A stretch of DNA of 64,000 nucleotides from a virus: positions 32,001 through 96,000 of IMG/VR virus record IMGVR_UViG_3300020183_000015; one strand, written 5' to 3'. The notes beneath the pieces are model-generated. The model saw only the letters and a program-made list of their open reading frames with translations, had not been told where the DNA came from and searched no databases. The position numbers and the translations under genes are program-made. Below are positions 37,701 through 47,788 of this stretch, in pieces. Every line of letters starts with the position of its first letter. Position 1 is the stretch's first letter.

Positions 37701-39812
37701 AAAGGGCCCGAGACTGGTGATTACCCTGAGGTTACTTGTACAATAGATATAAAAGAAAAAGACGGTTCATCATATGTTGTAACAAATGCGGCACAAGTAT
37801 ACAGTATTCCTGCTATGGCTTGTAGAAGAGTTGTTATGAAAAGGATTACACCTATTCTTCCCCCGCCAGATAAAAAAGAGGATGAAGATAGTGATGATGA
37901 AAAAATTAAGATTGAGATCCAACAGACTGATGTAAAGTATACTGGATATACAAGAACAATTAAACCACAGGCAGAAGTTAACATTGAACAAAAAATAAAA
38001 GACGGAATATCAAAAAAAGTTTTAAGACATTTATTTTCTGAATGTGATTATTTTGAACTTATAAAAGAAAATAACCCTATGGTGTATGATACCATAAAAG
38101 AAAAAATAAAATACTTTAATCCTGCTTTCCACTCGATGACACCTGAAGGTCTCAATTCAAGACTTACATTTTTACAACAATGTATGAGACCTGGTCAAAC
38201 AATACCTGTTATAGGACCCGATGGTAGACCAAAATATAACGACGCTTTAAATACGGCATTTGGTTCACCACCAATTTTGGTTTTAAGGGTTGGTGACTTC
38301 TATCATACTAAGATTGTACCAACAAATTTAGGTATACAGTATGAACCTCTAATATACGACATCAATCCCGAGGGTATAGGGGTACAACCGATGATTGCAA
38401 AAATCTCAATGGGTTTCAATATAATTGGAGGAATGGGTCTTAAAGAACCTGTTGAAGAATTACAAAATGCTTTATCATTTAATTTTTATGCAAATACAGA
38501 AATATACGACGAGAGAGCAACATCAACCGACAAACAAAGTGTTGAAAAATTAGACAAATATGTTGTAAGTAAAATTGCTGCAAACCAACCTACAGTATCA
38601 CCACCAGTGAACACACAACAACCAAAAAAAGGACAATCTACTATCGGAACCTTAGGAGGTACCAATGATTCTAATTATCAGGTATTATTTACAGAGTTGG
38701 ATGCCAATTTAAAATCATACATAAATGCATATTTTGATTACATGTCAAGTGTACAACAACAAAATAATTTAGGTATTGTACAATTAGCAAACAAATCAGT
38801 AAACTATTCGAAGGGAAATTTGGCAAACCTTACCACACCAAAAGAAGTAATAATCTATGGTAAACCAAGTAACCCCGAACAATTGGTAGGAGCTTTAATA
38901 AGTAATGTTTCAAAAGATGTAAAACAAAGAGAAGACCCAATTATGAAATCGTTGAAAAACAATACAAACGAATTTAAAAATAAAGTACTTAGAGAGATAG
39001 AGGAAAAATTAATAATTCAAGTAGAAAAAAGAAGTGGTGAAATATCAAATTCTGTTAATCTTCTAATAAACACGTTTGTAACAAATCAACAGAACCTCAA
39101 CTACACTTTTAGAAAAATGGACTTAGTATGTAATAAGTTAGATGGAGTATTGGTTGACACTAATAATCCTGTTATTTACGACTTGAGTGGTGATACTTTC
39201 TTTGGGGATGCTGTTAATAAAGAAAGTATAAATTATCTTTATTTGGGTGATTTTGTTCCCGAAGCTCAAATTGCAAGTTGTTATACAATACTTAAAAAAT
39301 TTGACGATTGGGCAAAAATGAAATTGAATAGACCTGACACATTTAACGATTCTCTTACAACATTAAATTGGGATGGGTTATTAACCGATGTTGGTGGAAG
39401 TTCTAGTGAACCATCATTTACAAACGTTGAGGACGATAGATTTTATTTAGCAATGTCATCTATTTTAACAGACAAAACAAAAAAAGAAACCTTTCTAACC
39501 GAACTTTCAAACGGAGAAGAAGTTAAAAAAGAACCAAAGGTTTTGGTTGCCTTGACCAACGTTGTAAATACTTTGAGTACTAGATACACTGAGATTTTTG
39601 AAAAAGAAAAGAAATATTTTGATGATCTTAAAACATCTCAAGATTTCAAAACCTTAACTGAGTATACACTACCAGTTATACCAAACGTTGCTAAATGGAC
39701 ATCACCACCAACTGTAGACGTTGAACAGAAAAAAGTTAAAATTAAAGATCTATATGCAAATCAAAATTTGAATACGGACACAACATTTAATGGTAAAGTT
39801 ACATTTTTATAA
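34761..39812 (+). CDS. Large baseplate/tail-tip protein with an internal OmpA-C-like domain
   Basis: F.GRPEPIYTY.NT.R.G.L.W motif of tube-initiator-like baseplate proteins; FYFHND..IELVGSAS..YNVDLS.RR..SV..CRRV resembles OmpA-C; PP.LVLRVGDFY. Confidence 0.55.
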   Translation: MSESTLSFAGSEFFRNKLLTRNLQPYNVPGVYTPTQPAVNYETNLTVSNVIDSDNTLVSTNVFAENLYPLNEYGPEGGFGDPIGINSVASTNNPEGTNQGPYYPVGNDSPLELVNEFFIDDAYITNTWGPTGGYKDLVVITDILDAVPGGIYQPYLGYYNTSSYSTFDIIFYQDPLGSNGLLSSDTPMMNLAAKQLQGLFQERIASEIIQNTVGLINLDTITDPFSASMLATGKQPFFEKNWKITVPEGPLLATVSLANRLTGTYFPVSLIPGDYFNENVNEQLPQNIAALSTINNFTGGLLGPILNKTRNPSEIFIANTGNGQKSVLFASLDYNKYKPTYNKGIFLGLTQAVSNLFNQDNKSSGGYYVGSRESEPSQIDSPPNEVPVNEFGQQQQSIVYGPQELGQLYEGNIGQLQFGLAGKSYTNDGGIAGQFVWTSPKYKPNAGWKVGKGGDPKFVDQEFNVVSADYNKYQSTDVDFKIGSILDKTQRLIESADSVQGVQRLKHVGNAINQVSKVFNDGYKEITKGSQVMSYTDQTTGQEAGIEYCRIFTKDTPYFTYADLQKTDGIVESGRKFDYSIFNNTYNLNIAPIRQPGSTNIINGKVKKYMFSLENLAWRTSDRPGFRYDDLPPCEKGPNGGRIMWFPPYDLKFNDDSRPQFNETTFLGRPEPIYTYKNTSRSGSLSWTIIVDNPAMLNTIIEKQLKGVAKERIDSIMDSFFAGCTKYDIYDLGIKFNQIPTKDLYTYQQILNNPRLTTEEYAQVLTSIGTNPEGSLVEDNAFGSDGNTLELGGTSWIEKETEDPFTSEVKKYENYAFYFHNDLPDPDTRLKVATQPFDFWYDKYIALKSTSYVTKAPDEVYTDNLSAAGAYTKAGIQNFFGDIIEANFDIIKSEFLDIIKKIIIEKNGSVEIELVGSASAPESPEYNVDLSTRRISSVIQWFDKQSAGNGKTFGEYRTGDTPKIKFITDDNALGETATIPKGPETGDYPEVTCTIDIKEKDGSSYVVTNAAQVYSIPAMACRRVVMKRITPILPPPDKKEDEDSDDEKIKIEIQQTDVKYTGYTRTIKPQAEVNIEQKIKDGISKKVLRHLFSECDYFELIKENNPMVYDTIKEKIKYFNPAFHSMTPEGLNSRLTFLQQCMRPGQTIPVIGPDGRPKYNDALNTAFGSPPILVLRVGDFYHTKIVPTNLGIQYEPLIYDINPEGIGVQPMIAKISMGFNIIGGMGLKEPVEELQNALSFNFYANTEIYDERATSTDKQSVEKLDKYVVSKIAANQPTVSPPVNTQQPKKGQSTIGTLGGTNDSNYQVLFTELDANLKSYINAYFDYMSSVQQQNNLGIVQLANKSVNYSKGNLANLTTPKEVIIYGKPSNPEQLVGALISNVSKDVKQREDPIMKSLKNNTNEFKNKVLREIEEKLIIQVEKRSGEISNSVNLLINTFVTNQQNLNYTFRKMDLVCNKLDGVLVDTNNPVIYDLSGDTFFGDAVNKESINYLYLGDFVPEAQIASCYTILKKFDDWAKMKLNRPDTFNDSLTTLNWDGLLTDVGGSSSEPSFTNVEDDRFYLAMSSILTDKTKKETFLTELSNGEEVKKEPKVLVALTNVVNTLSTRYTEIFEKEKKYFDDLKTSQDFKTLTEYTLPVIPNVAKWTSPPTVDVEQKKVKIKDLYANQNLNTDTTFNGKVTFL

Positions 39813-39814
39813 AC

Positions 39815-40138
39815 ATGATATATCAATATACAAATAGGTACTCAGATTTTCTAATCAATGGACAACAAACTGTTGTTCCGTTCATACCATTACAAAGTAA
39901 AAGTAGTGACATGAATCATATCTATATTGTTGGCCAATCAAGATTAGATAAAATATCACAACAATATTATAACAGTCCTTTTTTTGGGTGGTTGATAATG
40001 CAAGGTAATCCACAATATAGTGGATTGGAACAAAACATTCCTGATGGTGCAATATTGACAATACCATATCCTTTGATAGCTTCATTACAGGACTATAAAA
40101 ATGGTTTAGATAACTATTTCTTTTATTATGGTAGATAG
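39815..40138 (+). CDS. Baseplate wedge LysM-like protein (gp53/tail X-like)
   Basis: RLDKISQQYY.SP.FGWLI...NP....IPDG..L.IP. Confidence 0.7.
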   Translation: MIYQYTNRYSDFLINGQQTVVPFIPLQSKSSDMNHIYIVGQSRLDKISQQYYNSPFFGWLIMQGNPQYSGLEQNIPDGAILTIPYPLIASLQDYKNGLDNYFFYYGR

Positions 40139-43100
40139 TAATGAAAATATTTTAGTAGAGTTTGATTATGATAACATAACGATAATTGACCCAAACAAAG
40201 TTGTTGACAATTTGGGAAACGTTAATGAAAGATTAGTTAAACAAGAAAACTTAGTTTACTACGCTAATTTAGAGTGTAGTGTTTTACCTAGAACAAAATT
40301 GGCGGTTGGTAGTTCTTTTGGTGATAACCAAAGAACAATATCCGTTGGAAAAATTAATTTTTTAAATCCAGGGTTCAAAGACTTTTTGGATACAAGATGG
40401 TCCAATGAATTAACAGGAAAAGATACTATACAAGGTAGAGGACAAAATCAACCAAGAATTACTGCGGTCAAAGAATCTGATAAGTCACCTGAGTATTACT
40501 ACACACAAAGAACTTACTCTGATGGAAAACCTGGGGCAACCGACAACGGACTTTTAGGTATGAAAGACATCAATATGAGTATGGGTCAAGATTTTCTACC
40601 TGTGGTTGAAATAACTTTAGAGGACGTAAAAGGAAGAGCCCTTTTCGAATCAGGAAATAACTCTCCTTACGCCGCCTTCTTCCAACTACCATACCCTTTA
40701 TTTACTTTAACAATGAAGGGATATTTTGGAAAGGCGGTAAAGTATCCTTTGATGTTGAAATCTTTTACTTCGAATTTTGATCCGTCGTCACATAATTTTA
40801 TTATAAGACTGAAATTCTTTGGTTACAAGTATACTTTATTGTCTGCTGTTAATTTTGGTTCTTTAACAGCGGTTCCACACATGTATAAAAATTTGGTGAC
40901 AATACCCGCAAAAATTAACGAAACAAATCAAACTGCGAAAAACACAAACCAAACTTCATTTCTGAGTAGTAAAGGTTATGAAAAAATGAGGGAAATATAT
41001 TCAGATTATAAATCAAAAGGAATGATTGCTGAAGATTTTCCTGAACTGACATTAAATCAATTGAGATATCGTTTAGATGAATTTATCAAAAAAGTTTTGT
41101 CGGAGTTTACAAAAGAAAACTTGGGAGTACTAACAGAAATAAATAATTATCTAAATTCGTTGTTGAATTACCAACAAGTTATTTATACGTACACCACAAC
41201 ATCATGGTTCAACCAATTTATGGATGTTAAAGAACCTTTTGTTCTTACCAACGGTGAAAAAATGTATCAATTCAAACCAACATTAACACCTGAAAACAAA
41301 GACAAATGGTTTTCAGAGTTGACAGGTAGAATACAAAAATATAACACACAATTGAATACTAATAGTGTTTTTGGAAAAACTCCTGGAACTTACAGCGTTG
41401 GTGGTACAATATACCCAAGTAGAATAGAGTTCTCAATCAAAGACACGACTTTTATTAGAAAGATAAATCCCGAAACGGATATTGATTGGGAAAAAACATA
41501 TAGATTAAAAAACCCAACCCAAAGTGTCTTTGGTAATTTATATCCTGAAAAAGTAAGAGCATTTAAAACTAGTAAACTTGCCGAAATTGAACTATTGAAA
41601 GGTAACTTGTTTTATTTTGAAGGACCTGGTTCTTTCATGTACATTACAACCAAAATGGGTAAACAAGTAGAAAGTTTTAAAAGAGAAATAGAAACAAGAA
41701 TAACAGAAAACCTACGTTCACAATTTAATAATAAACAATATGGTTTAGGATTTATTCCTACCGTAAGAAATATATTGGCAGTTTTCTTTTGTCAAGGAGA
41801 GGCGTTTTTAAGATTGATGGATGAAGTTCACACCAAAGCTTGGGACGTAAGACAAGAACCTTATAGAAAACAAGCAATTTTTGGAAACGCATCTACCGCC
41901 CCGAGTGTTGATATCAAAACCTCAACACAAAACGATGAACCAATATATCCTTGGCCGCAAGTCATTAGAGAAATCACCGAAGATGATAATAAAGAAAAAT
42001 TTGAAATTGTTTATCCCGGAGCTCCAGATGTTGCATTTTTATACAGGTCGTATCTTCCTGAAATTTGGCCTGAAGTACAGTTTGTTGAAGAGTTTATAAA
42101 AGGATATACTCACCGTGATGACGACTTCAAAGAGTTGAGCGATAATCAAACAAATTTATTAAACAAACCAAGAAGAGTATCTCTTAATTCAATAGATTTC
42201 CCAACATCAAATCAAATATTTCAGAACAAACAACAAGTCAAATACATGTATGAAATATATGAAAGAGTAATTCTTAACGCATACTACAGCAAATTAAATA
42301 GACAAAGTGGATATCCTTTCAGTGTTTACAACGTTGAGGCGGAAAATGAAACGTTGAATATTTTAGAAAGTCTAAGTTCCTCAAGTCCATACATGTCAAA
42401 AATATTAAAAGAATATAATATAGATCAAACCAACTTTGAAATATTCTTAAGACACATATCTAACGAAGGACAAGGGGAGAGTTGGCAAGATTTTATTAGA
42501 GGAATTTTTGTTACACCATACATTAGAAATGAAGTTGAAAACCCAAGTAGACTATTCAATCAAGACATTTTAGTCAACACAAAATCACAACCTGATATTG
42601 AGTTAACAATTGAAACAAACAAAATAAACATTGAAAAGTATATTGCCGACTCAAGTGCTAGTAACGTCTTTGACTTTACAGACATTTATCCTTTATTGGA
42701 TTTAAATTGGGATAAAAGTAATTTGGCGAATGGAGATACATTAAATGCTGCTGAAGAGGCTTTTGATACACAAAAAGTTTTGGAATACAATGACAACCAA
42801 AAAACTATTGCAAGCTTTGAAGCCGGAGAAGACCAAACAATCAAAAGACCAATATCTAACTTCAATTATTTCAATTTAACTGACGTACTACAACCTGTTA
42901 ATTTCTCATTGTTTTATACGTCAAGAACTATTCCAAAACAATTAACCACTGAAGGTAACTTAAAGTATACAAACTACAATGGATATTTAGAACCCAATCA
43001 AACAATATCAATGTTAAACACACCGTATTTTATAAATGCAATTCAAGACGGGGTTTTTAAATTTAGGTTCAGATCGGGAGAAACAAGTCCATATAAGTCT

Positions 43101-46100
43101 GCCGCGTATTTGTTTTTGGATAGTTTACCATTGGCAACAACTAAAGAAAAATTTAAGACATATGGAGAAGGTGGGGCTAGTGTTGATTTAAATTATATTT
43201 TGGCAACACTAAAAAAGTTTGGGGCAATTCATAAATTACCATACGCTTGGGTTTTAAAGTATGGTGGTATTTGGCATAGATATAAAACATGGAAAGATAC
43301 TGGAATTGACTTTTTGGATGATGTATGGAAGGACTTTAATGCGGTTAGAAACTTTGACCCAATCAATTCGGCAACAACTTACAACTACCCACTTACGGTC
43401 GGTAACAATTTATACAATATTGTTTTAGACCAAACAACAAATACCCCAACACCAAACACAAACATGAACGTTGGGTTTTACCCTCAATTAATTGACGACT
43501 TTAATGTATTTTTACAAGGGACAAAATTACTCACAGGGTCAAGTTTAGTACAAGGTGTTTGTTCAATAAGCGGTTCTGTGATGAATGTATCTACTGTAAG
43601 TAGTAATAATTTATTCATTGGTGCAATTATAACTGGTTTGGGTATACTACCAAACACAACAATTTTGAGTCAGATAGCAGGAACTACAGGTGGTATAGGT
43701 CAATATGTTGTTTCATTATCACAAAGTGCTTCGACCACACCATTTACAGTACAAAATTTAATTGTTAATGGACCGAGTTCCGTAGACATACAACAGTTGA
43801 TAAATGATGATATTTTACTTCTATTTAATAATAGTACCGCAAACATAGAAGGATCCATTGGATTTGACCCTAACAATTTGACCAGAACTTTAACACTAAG
43901 AACTTGGTCAGTTTTAGTCAAATCACAAAAAACCGATAACTATTTTGTATTCCCATCATTTGGTTATGATCAGAACCAAACGTATTCTGAATGTTTCAAA
44001 AACGGGTCTATGAGAATTGAATTATCACAAAACCCCGCAGTCTTCAATGGGTCGGTAAGATTATTTTGGAATGCACCAACTTACGGATATTACAACAACT
44101 CTTTTGTCGTTAAAAACAATCCTGACACGTATTTAAAAAACATATTGAACAACTCGAACACCCAACAAAATTTCTTGATCTCAGGACAAAAAAGTGATTA
44201 TTCTTATTTGGACGATATGTTTAGCGCTTTTGATAAGAATGTTTTAGATTTGTTTGAACTTCAATTTCTGAACTTCAGTAAATCAATTTATGATTATACC
44301 GACTTGATTCCACCAACATTACAAAATAATTTGGCGGATCTTTCTCAACCAAACTTACAAAATCTAAGTAGTACTGAAACTCCAAGCGAACAATATTATA
44401 AAAACTTCCAAGGGTTGATGAGAGAATTGTTAAAGATAAGAAATCCAATAAAAACTTCTCCAAAGGAAACACTCAATGATGTAATATCAGCACAAAACCA
44501 AGTTTTCCAAACCGTACTAAAAAACTTTTTAGAATACGATGTTGTTTTTAAATACGGAAACCCTTCAGGATTTGACAGAAAAACATTTTTCACTTTTTCG
44601 ACTCAATTTATTGAGGAACCTATAGTGTTGGATCAATACATAAAAGGTAATCTACCTGGTGACGGAACCGTTCCGAACTTATCTTTGGCAAATTCAAAAA
44701 CACAAAATCCTGATGTTTGGAAAGCTCTTGAAACATATGTAGGTTTTTCTAAAATACCACAGTTAGAATATACAAATAGTGGGTCTTATATTACTGATTT
44801 CTTTATTGATATGAATGTTGGATTTAACGAAAAAAATGTTAAAGATTTTGCACCAATTATTAAAATATTTGCCACTCAAAAACTTTTGGACCCAAACATA
44901 GATATAACATCTTTTTATTCGGGTATGGATAATTACCTATTGGCATCAAAAGAATATCTTAATAATGTCATAAGTGTTTTAATGCCAACAGTCAGAAATA
45001 CTTTACCAACAGTAATCATCAGTCCACAAGAAGGTTCGGTACGTGCAGACTTAGAAGCAGGTTTTACAGAACAGACAAGAACTGAATTGTGGGAAATGTT
45101 CAAGGCTTTGAACGACACATGGATTTCTGGTTACGACTTTTCGAACAAAACATTGTTTGAAGATGTTCTTTTAATGGACAGAGCCTCAAGAGATATTGGA
45201 GACAAAATATTAGTAGACATATTTGAGGTTAAAGAATTGATTGAAGACGGGGCTTATAAAAACACTCTTTTAGGTATGATAGAAACTATACTTAAGAACA
45301 ATAATTTTGTAACATACATGTTACCTTCTTATATTAATTTTTATAATGTACAGGACGCACAACTTAACCCAACACCGAGATTTGAAGGTACCACTGAATT
45401 TGCAAGAAATTTGTTTGGTACATATCTAAATGTGGATTACCGAGACAGTTCACCAAAATACGTTTGTGTTTACGCTAACAAACCAAGTGAACATTTGGCG
45501 ATGAATGAAAATGTTGATTATAGATATAGAGATGACGCTTTTGATCTAAGAAGGGCTAGTGACAACCCATTAGTTGAGAGTCAAGAAAATAAAACAGATT
45601 GGGCCAGATCGAATAAACTTGTTGGGTTTAATGTCGACATGACACTACAAAACCAACAAATATTTAAACAATTTGACGTGGCTCAAGATCCTGGAAAACC
45701 AACGTCTGAATCATTGGAAGTTTTGAACCAATTGGCCAATCTTTCTAAAAATAGAAGAAGCTCAACACAAAACGTTTCATTATACAATCTATACAAAAAT
45801 AGAAGTTACAGATGTTCCGTTGATATGATGGGAAATGCGTTGATACAACCAACAATGTATTTTAATGTTAGAAACATACCGATGTTTTCGGGTCCTTACA
45901 TGATAACAACTGTGAGACATAGAATTAGTGAAAATGGATTTGATACATTCTTCGAAGGAATTAGACAACCTTTTTATTCTTTACCTAAGATAGATAATTT
46001 TATACAGTCACTCAATCAAAACATATTGAAAAGTATACAACAAACCATACAACAAAATGAAACAAAAAAATTATCAGATCCAGCAACCATAGAACAAGAA

Positions 46101-46709
46101 AAGGCAAATGTGTTGTCAAACGTTGTTGCAGAAGACAAATTAACATCAAATCAAGATTGTAATTCGGAAATTAACCCGAAATATCTTGGATTTACGCAAA
46201 CCGAATTTCCTGCAGTGACAAGAACTACATTCAAACAAATGCAAACAAGTATAGGTACATTCTTAGTTAGTAAAAACTATACGGGTGACAGTCTTAAACA
46301 ATACACTAGTTTATTATTTTCTTTCCTATATGTTGATTCATCCACAAACACAGGATTTGAGACTTATGAAAATAACTATAGTACTATAGATTTAAGACAA
46401 TACTTCACAAACTACTCCAACTATTTCAACAAAAAATATTATTGTATAAACAGAGGTCAAAATGTTAACTTTCCAATAGTTAGTTTCATCGATTTGAATT
46501 CGTTTATTGATTTTGCTTTTAATAAAGTTAGTGGATTGATACAAAATACAACTCCGTCAAGTACACTAGCCGAATATTTTGCAGAACTTTATGTGACAAA
46601 ATACCCTGTACCAAGAGATCCAAAAGTTTGGACTGAAATGACTAATGAAGATAAAGCGATACTTGTTGCGAAATTTAATGATGCGATTAGAGTTTACAGA
46701 TCATTATAA
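40128..46709 (+). CDS. Very large virion structural protein (probable baseplate hub)
   Basis: 2193 aa in the baseplate cluster; C-terminal MMGNALIQP.MYF....PMFSG.YMI..V.H.I....F.T.F.G.R resembles hub (gp27/gpD-like) C-termini. Confidence 0.5.
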   Translation: MVDSNENILVEFDYDNITIIDPNKVVDNLGNVNERLVKQENLVYYANLECSVLPRTKLAVGSSFGDNQRTISVGKINFLNPGFKDFLDTRWSNELTGKDTIQGRGQNQPRITAVKESDKSPEYYYTQRTYSDGKPGATDNGLLGMKDINMSMGQDFLPVVEITLEDVKGRALFESGNNSPYAAFFQLPYPLFTLTMKGYFGKAVKYPLMLKSFTSNFDPSSHNFIIRLKFFGYKYTLLSAVNFGSLTAVPHMYKNLVTIPAKINETNQTAKNTNQTSFLSSKGYEKMREIYSDYKSKGMIAEDFPELTLNQLRYRLDEFIKKVLSEFTKENLGVLTEINNYLNSLLNYQQVIYTYTTTSWFNQFMDVKEPFVLTNGEKMYQFKPTLTPENKDKWFSELTGRIQKYNTQLNTNSVFGKTPGTYSVGGTIYPSRIEFSIKDTTFIRKINPETDIDWEKTYRLKNPTQSVFGNLYPEKVRAFKTSKLAEIELLKGNLFYFEGPGSFMYITTKMGKQVESFKREIETRITENLRSQFNNKQYGLGFIPTVRNILAVFFCQGEAFLRLMDEVHTKAWDVRQEPYRKQAIFGNASTAPSVDIKTSTQNDEPIYPWPQVIREITEDDNKEKFEIVYPGAPDVAFLYRSYLPEIWPEVQFVEEFIKGYTHRDDDFKELSDNQTNLLNKPRRVSLNSIDFPTSNQIFQNKQQVKYMYEIYERVILNAYYSKLNRQSGYPFSVYNVEAENETLNILESLSSSSPYMSKILKEYNIDQTNFEIFLRHISNEGQGESWQDFIRGIFVTPYIRNEVENPSRLFNQDILVNTKSQPDIELTIETNKINIEKYIADSSASNVFDFTDIYPLLDLNWDKSNLANGDTLNAAEEAFDTQKVLEYNDNQKTIASFEAGEDQTIKRPISNFNYFNLTDVLQPVNFSLFYTSRTIPKQLTTEGNLKYTNYNGYLEPNQTISMLNTPYFINAIQDGVFKFRFRSGETSPYKSAAYLFLDSLPLATTKEKFKTYGEGGASVDLNYILATLKKFGAIHKLPYAWVLKYGGIWHRYKTWKDTGIDFLDDVWKDFNAVRNFDPINSATTYNYPLTVGNNLYNIVLDQTTNTPTPNTNMNVGFYPQLIDDFNVFLQGTKLLTGSSLVQGVCSISGSVMNVSTVSSNNLFIGAIITGLGILPNTTILSQIAGTTGGIGQYVVSLSQSASTTPFTVQNLIVNGPSSVDIQQLINDDILLLFNNSTANIEGSIGFDPNNLTRTLTLRTWSVLVKSQKTDNYFVFPSFGYDQNQTYSECFKNGSMRIELSQNPAVFNGSVRLFWNAPTYGYYNNSFVVKNNPDTYLKNILNNSNTQQNFLISGQKSDYSYLDDMFSAFDKNVLDLFELQFLNFSKSIYDYTDLIPPTLQNNLADLSQPNLQNLSSTETPSEQYYKNFQGLMRELLKIRNPIKTSPKETLNDVISAQNQVFQTVLKNFLEYDVVFKYGNPSGFDRKTFFTFSTQFIEEPIVLDQYIKGNLPGDGTVPNLSLANSKTQNPDVWKALETYVGFSKIPQLEYTNSGSYITDFFIDMNVGFNEKNVKDFAPIIKIFATQKLLDPNIDITSFYSGMDNYLLASKEYLNNVISVLMPTVRNTLPTVIISPQEGSVRADLEAGFTEQTRTELWEMFKALNDTWISGYDFSNKTLFEDVLLMDRASRDIGDKILVDIFEVKELIEDGAYKNTLLGMIETILKNNNFVTYMLPSYINFYNVQDAQLNPTPRFEGTTEFARNLFGTYLNVDYRDSSPKYVCVYANKPSEHLAMNENVDYRYRDDAFDLRRASDNPLVESQENKTDWARSNKLVGFNVDMTLQNQQIFKQFDVAQDPGKPTSESLEVLNQLANLSKNRRSSTQNVSLYNLYKNRSYRCSVDMMGNALIQPTMYFNVRNIPMFSGPYMITTVRHRISENGFDTFFEGIRQPFYSLPKIDNFIQSLNQNILKSIQQTIQQNETKKLSDPATIEQEKANVLSNVVAEDKLTSNQDCNSEINPKYLGFTQTEFPAVTRTTFKQMQTSIGTFLVSKNYTGDSLKQYTSLLFSFLYVDSSTNTGFETYENNYSTIDLRQYFTNYSNYFNKKYYCINRGQNVNFPIVSFIDLNSFIDFAFNKVSGLIQNTTPSSTLAEYFAELYVTKYPVPRDPKVWTEMTNEDKAILVAKFNDAIRVYRSL

Positions 46710-46765
46710 ATGTGAAATGAAACTTTTTTTACAAAACTTTATATTTATTATAAAAACAACACAAG

Positions 46766-46990
46766 ATGAATGTAAAACTTATATTAGATAATTATTTGGG
46801 TAAAAACACCCGAGTAAGTGAAAAAGACAAAGGAAACGGATATAAAGAAGTCTGTGATTTGGACACTGGAGATTGTTACACAGTTAGAATGAAAGATGGG
46901 TTGATTGAAAGAGTAGACAATACCATGAAAACCTTCAGAAAAATTCAAGTAGAAACCAACAATGGTATAAAAACATTATTAAACGGGTAA
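46766..46990 (+). CDS. Hypothetical protein
   Basis: 74-aa ORF with upstream TATTTAT; next gene starts 1 nt later. Confidence 0.65.
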   Translation: MNVKLILDNYLGKNTRVSEKDKGNGYKEVCDLDTGDCYTVRMKDGLIERVDNTMKTFRKIQVETNNGIKTLLNG

Positions 46991-46991
46991 A

Positions 46992-47681
46992 ATGGCAATT
47001 GATAAGAAAATTCTCCAAGAGATACAACGATATAGATCCATTACAAATTATATCAACGAACAAGGTGTTGAAGCTTTAGCCCCACCACCAGCACCAGACG
47101 ACGCCGCTGGAGCAATACTACCGGCAGGTGATGCGGCAACGGGAGCACCACCGGCAGAAGGGGCATTACCACCGCCACCTGTACCACCATCTACAGGAGA
47201 CACTCCCGAAATAGTTGATGTATCACAAGACGATGAAGTTGAAGAAATTGGTGCGGAGGGAAAAGAAGGTGATGAAGAAGTTGAAGAGGTAGATATTACC
47301 GATTTAATCGATACTCAAAAATCTATGTCAGATAAACAAGAAGAGTACTTCAACAACCTATTTAGTCAATTAGAAACTCTACAAAGTAAACTTGGAGAAA
47401 TGGATCAATTAGTTCAAAAATTAGACTCGCTTGAGGCCAAAGTTGAAAAATACAAACCCAAGACTCCCGAAGAAAAACTTGAACTCAGAACTCTAGACTC
47501 TGGACCATTCAAACAAAAACTTTCAGACTTTTTTGATGATAAAAAAATTGAGATGGAAAAATCAGGTAAAAATGAATACGTTTTAACTTCTGATGAGATT
47601 GATAACTATAGTCCTTCTGAAGTAGCGAAATCTTTTGACAAAGGTATAGAACCTTTTGACCCTGAAATATATTATAAATAA
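46992..47681 (+). CDS. Hypothetical Pro/acidic-rich coiled-coil protein (possible scaffold or internal head protein)
   Basis: Low-complexity Pro/Ala then Glu/Asp tract followed by a heptad-like helix. Confidence 0.55.
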   Translation: MAIDKKILQEIQRYRSITNYINEQGVEALAPPPAPDDAAGAILPAGDAATGAPPAEGALPPPPVPPSTGDTPEIVDVSQDDEVEEIGAEGKEGDEEVEEVDITDLIDTQKSMSDKQEEYFNNLFSQLETLQSKLGEMDQLVQKLDSLEAKVEKYKPKTPEEKLELRTLDSGPFKQKLSDFFDDKKIEMEKSGKNEYVLTSDEIDNYSPSEVAKSFDKGIEPFDPEIYYK

Positions 47682-47683
47682 TG

Positions 47684-47717
47684 ATTAAGGTCGATTAATT
47701 CAACCTTGATTTTTTTT
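47684..47717 (+). terminator. Probable Rho-independent terminator
   Basis: ATTAAGGTCGA-TTAAT-TCAACCTTGAT imperfect hairpin plus T tract. Confidence 0.55.
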
Positions 47718-47728
47718 GGCGACACTAT

Positions 47729-47757
47729 TTGACTATAACTTTTTATACACTTATAAT
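47729..47757 (+). promoter_or_regulatory. Sigma70-like promoter for the replication operon
   Basis: TTGACT (47729) -17 nt- TATAAT (47752). Confidence 0.75.
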
Positions 47758-47788
47758 TTTAACATAAACCTTTAATTTTTATTTACAC

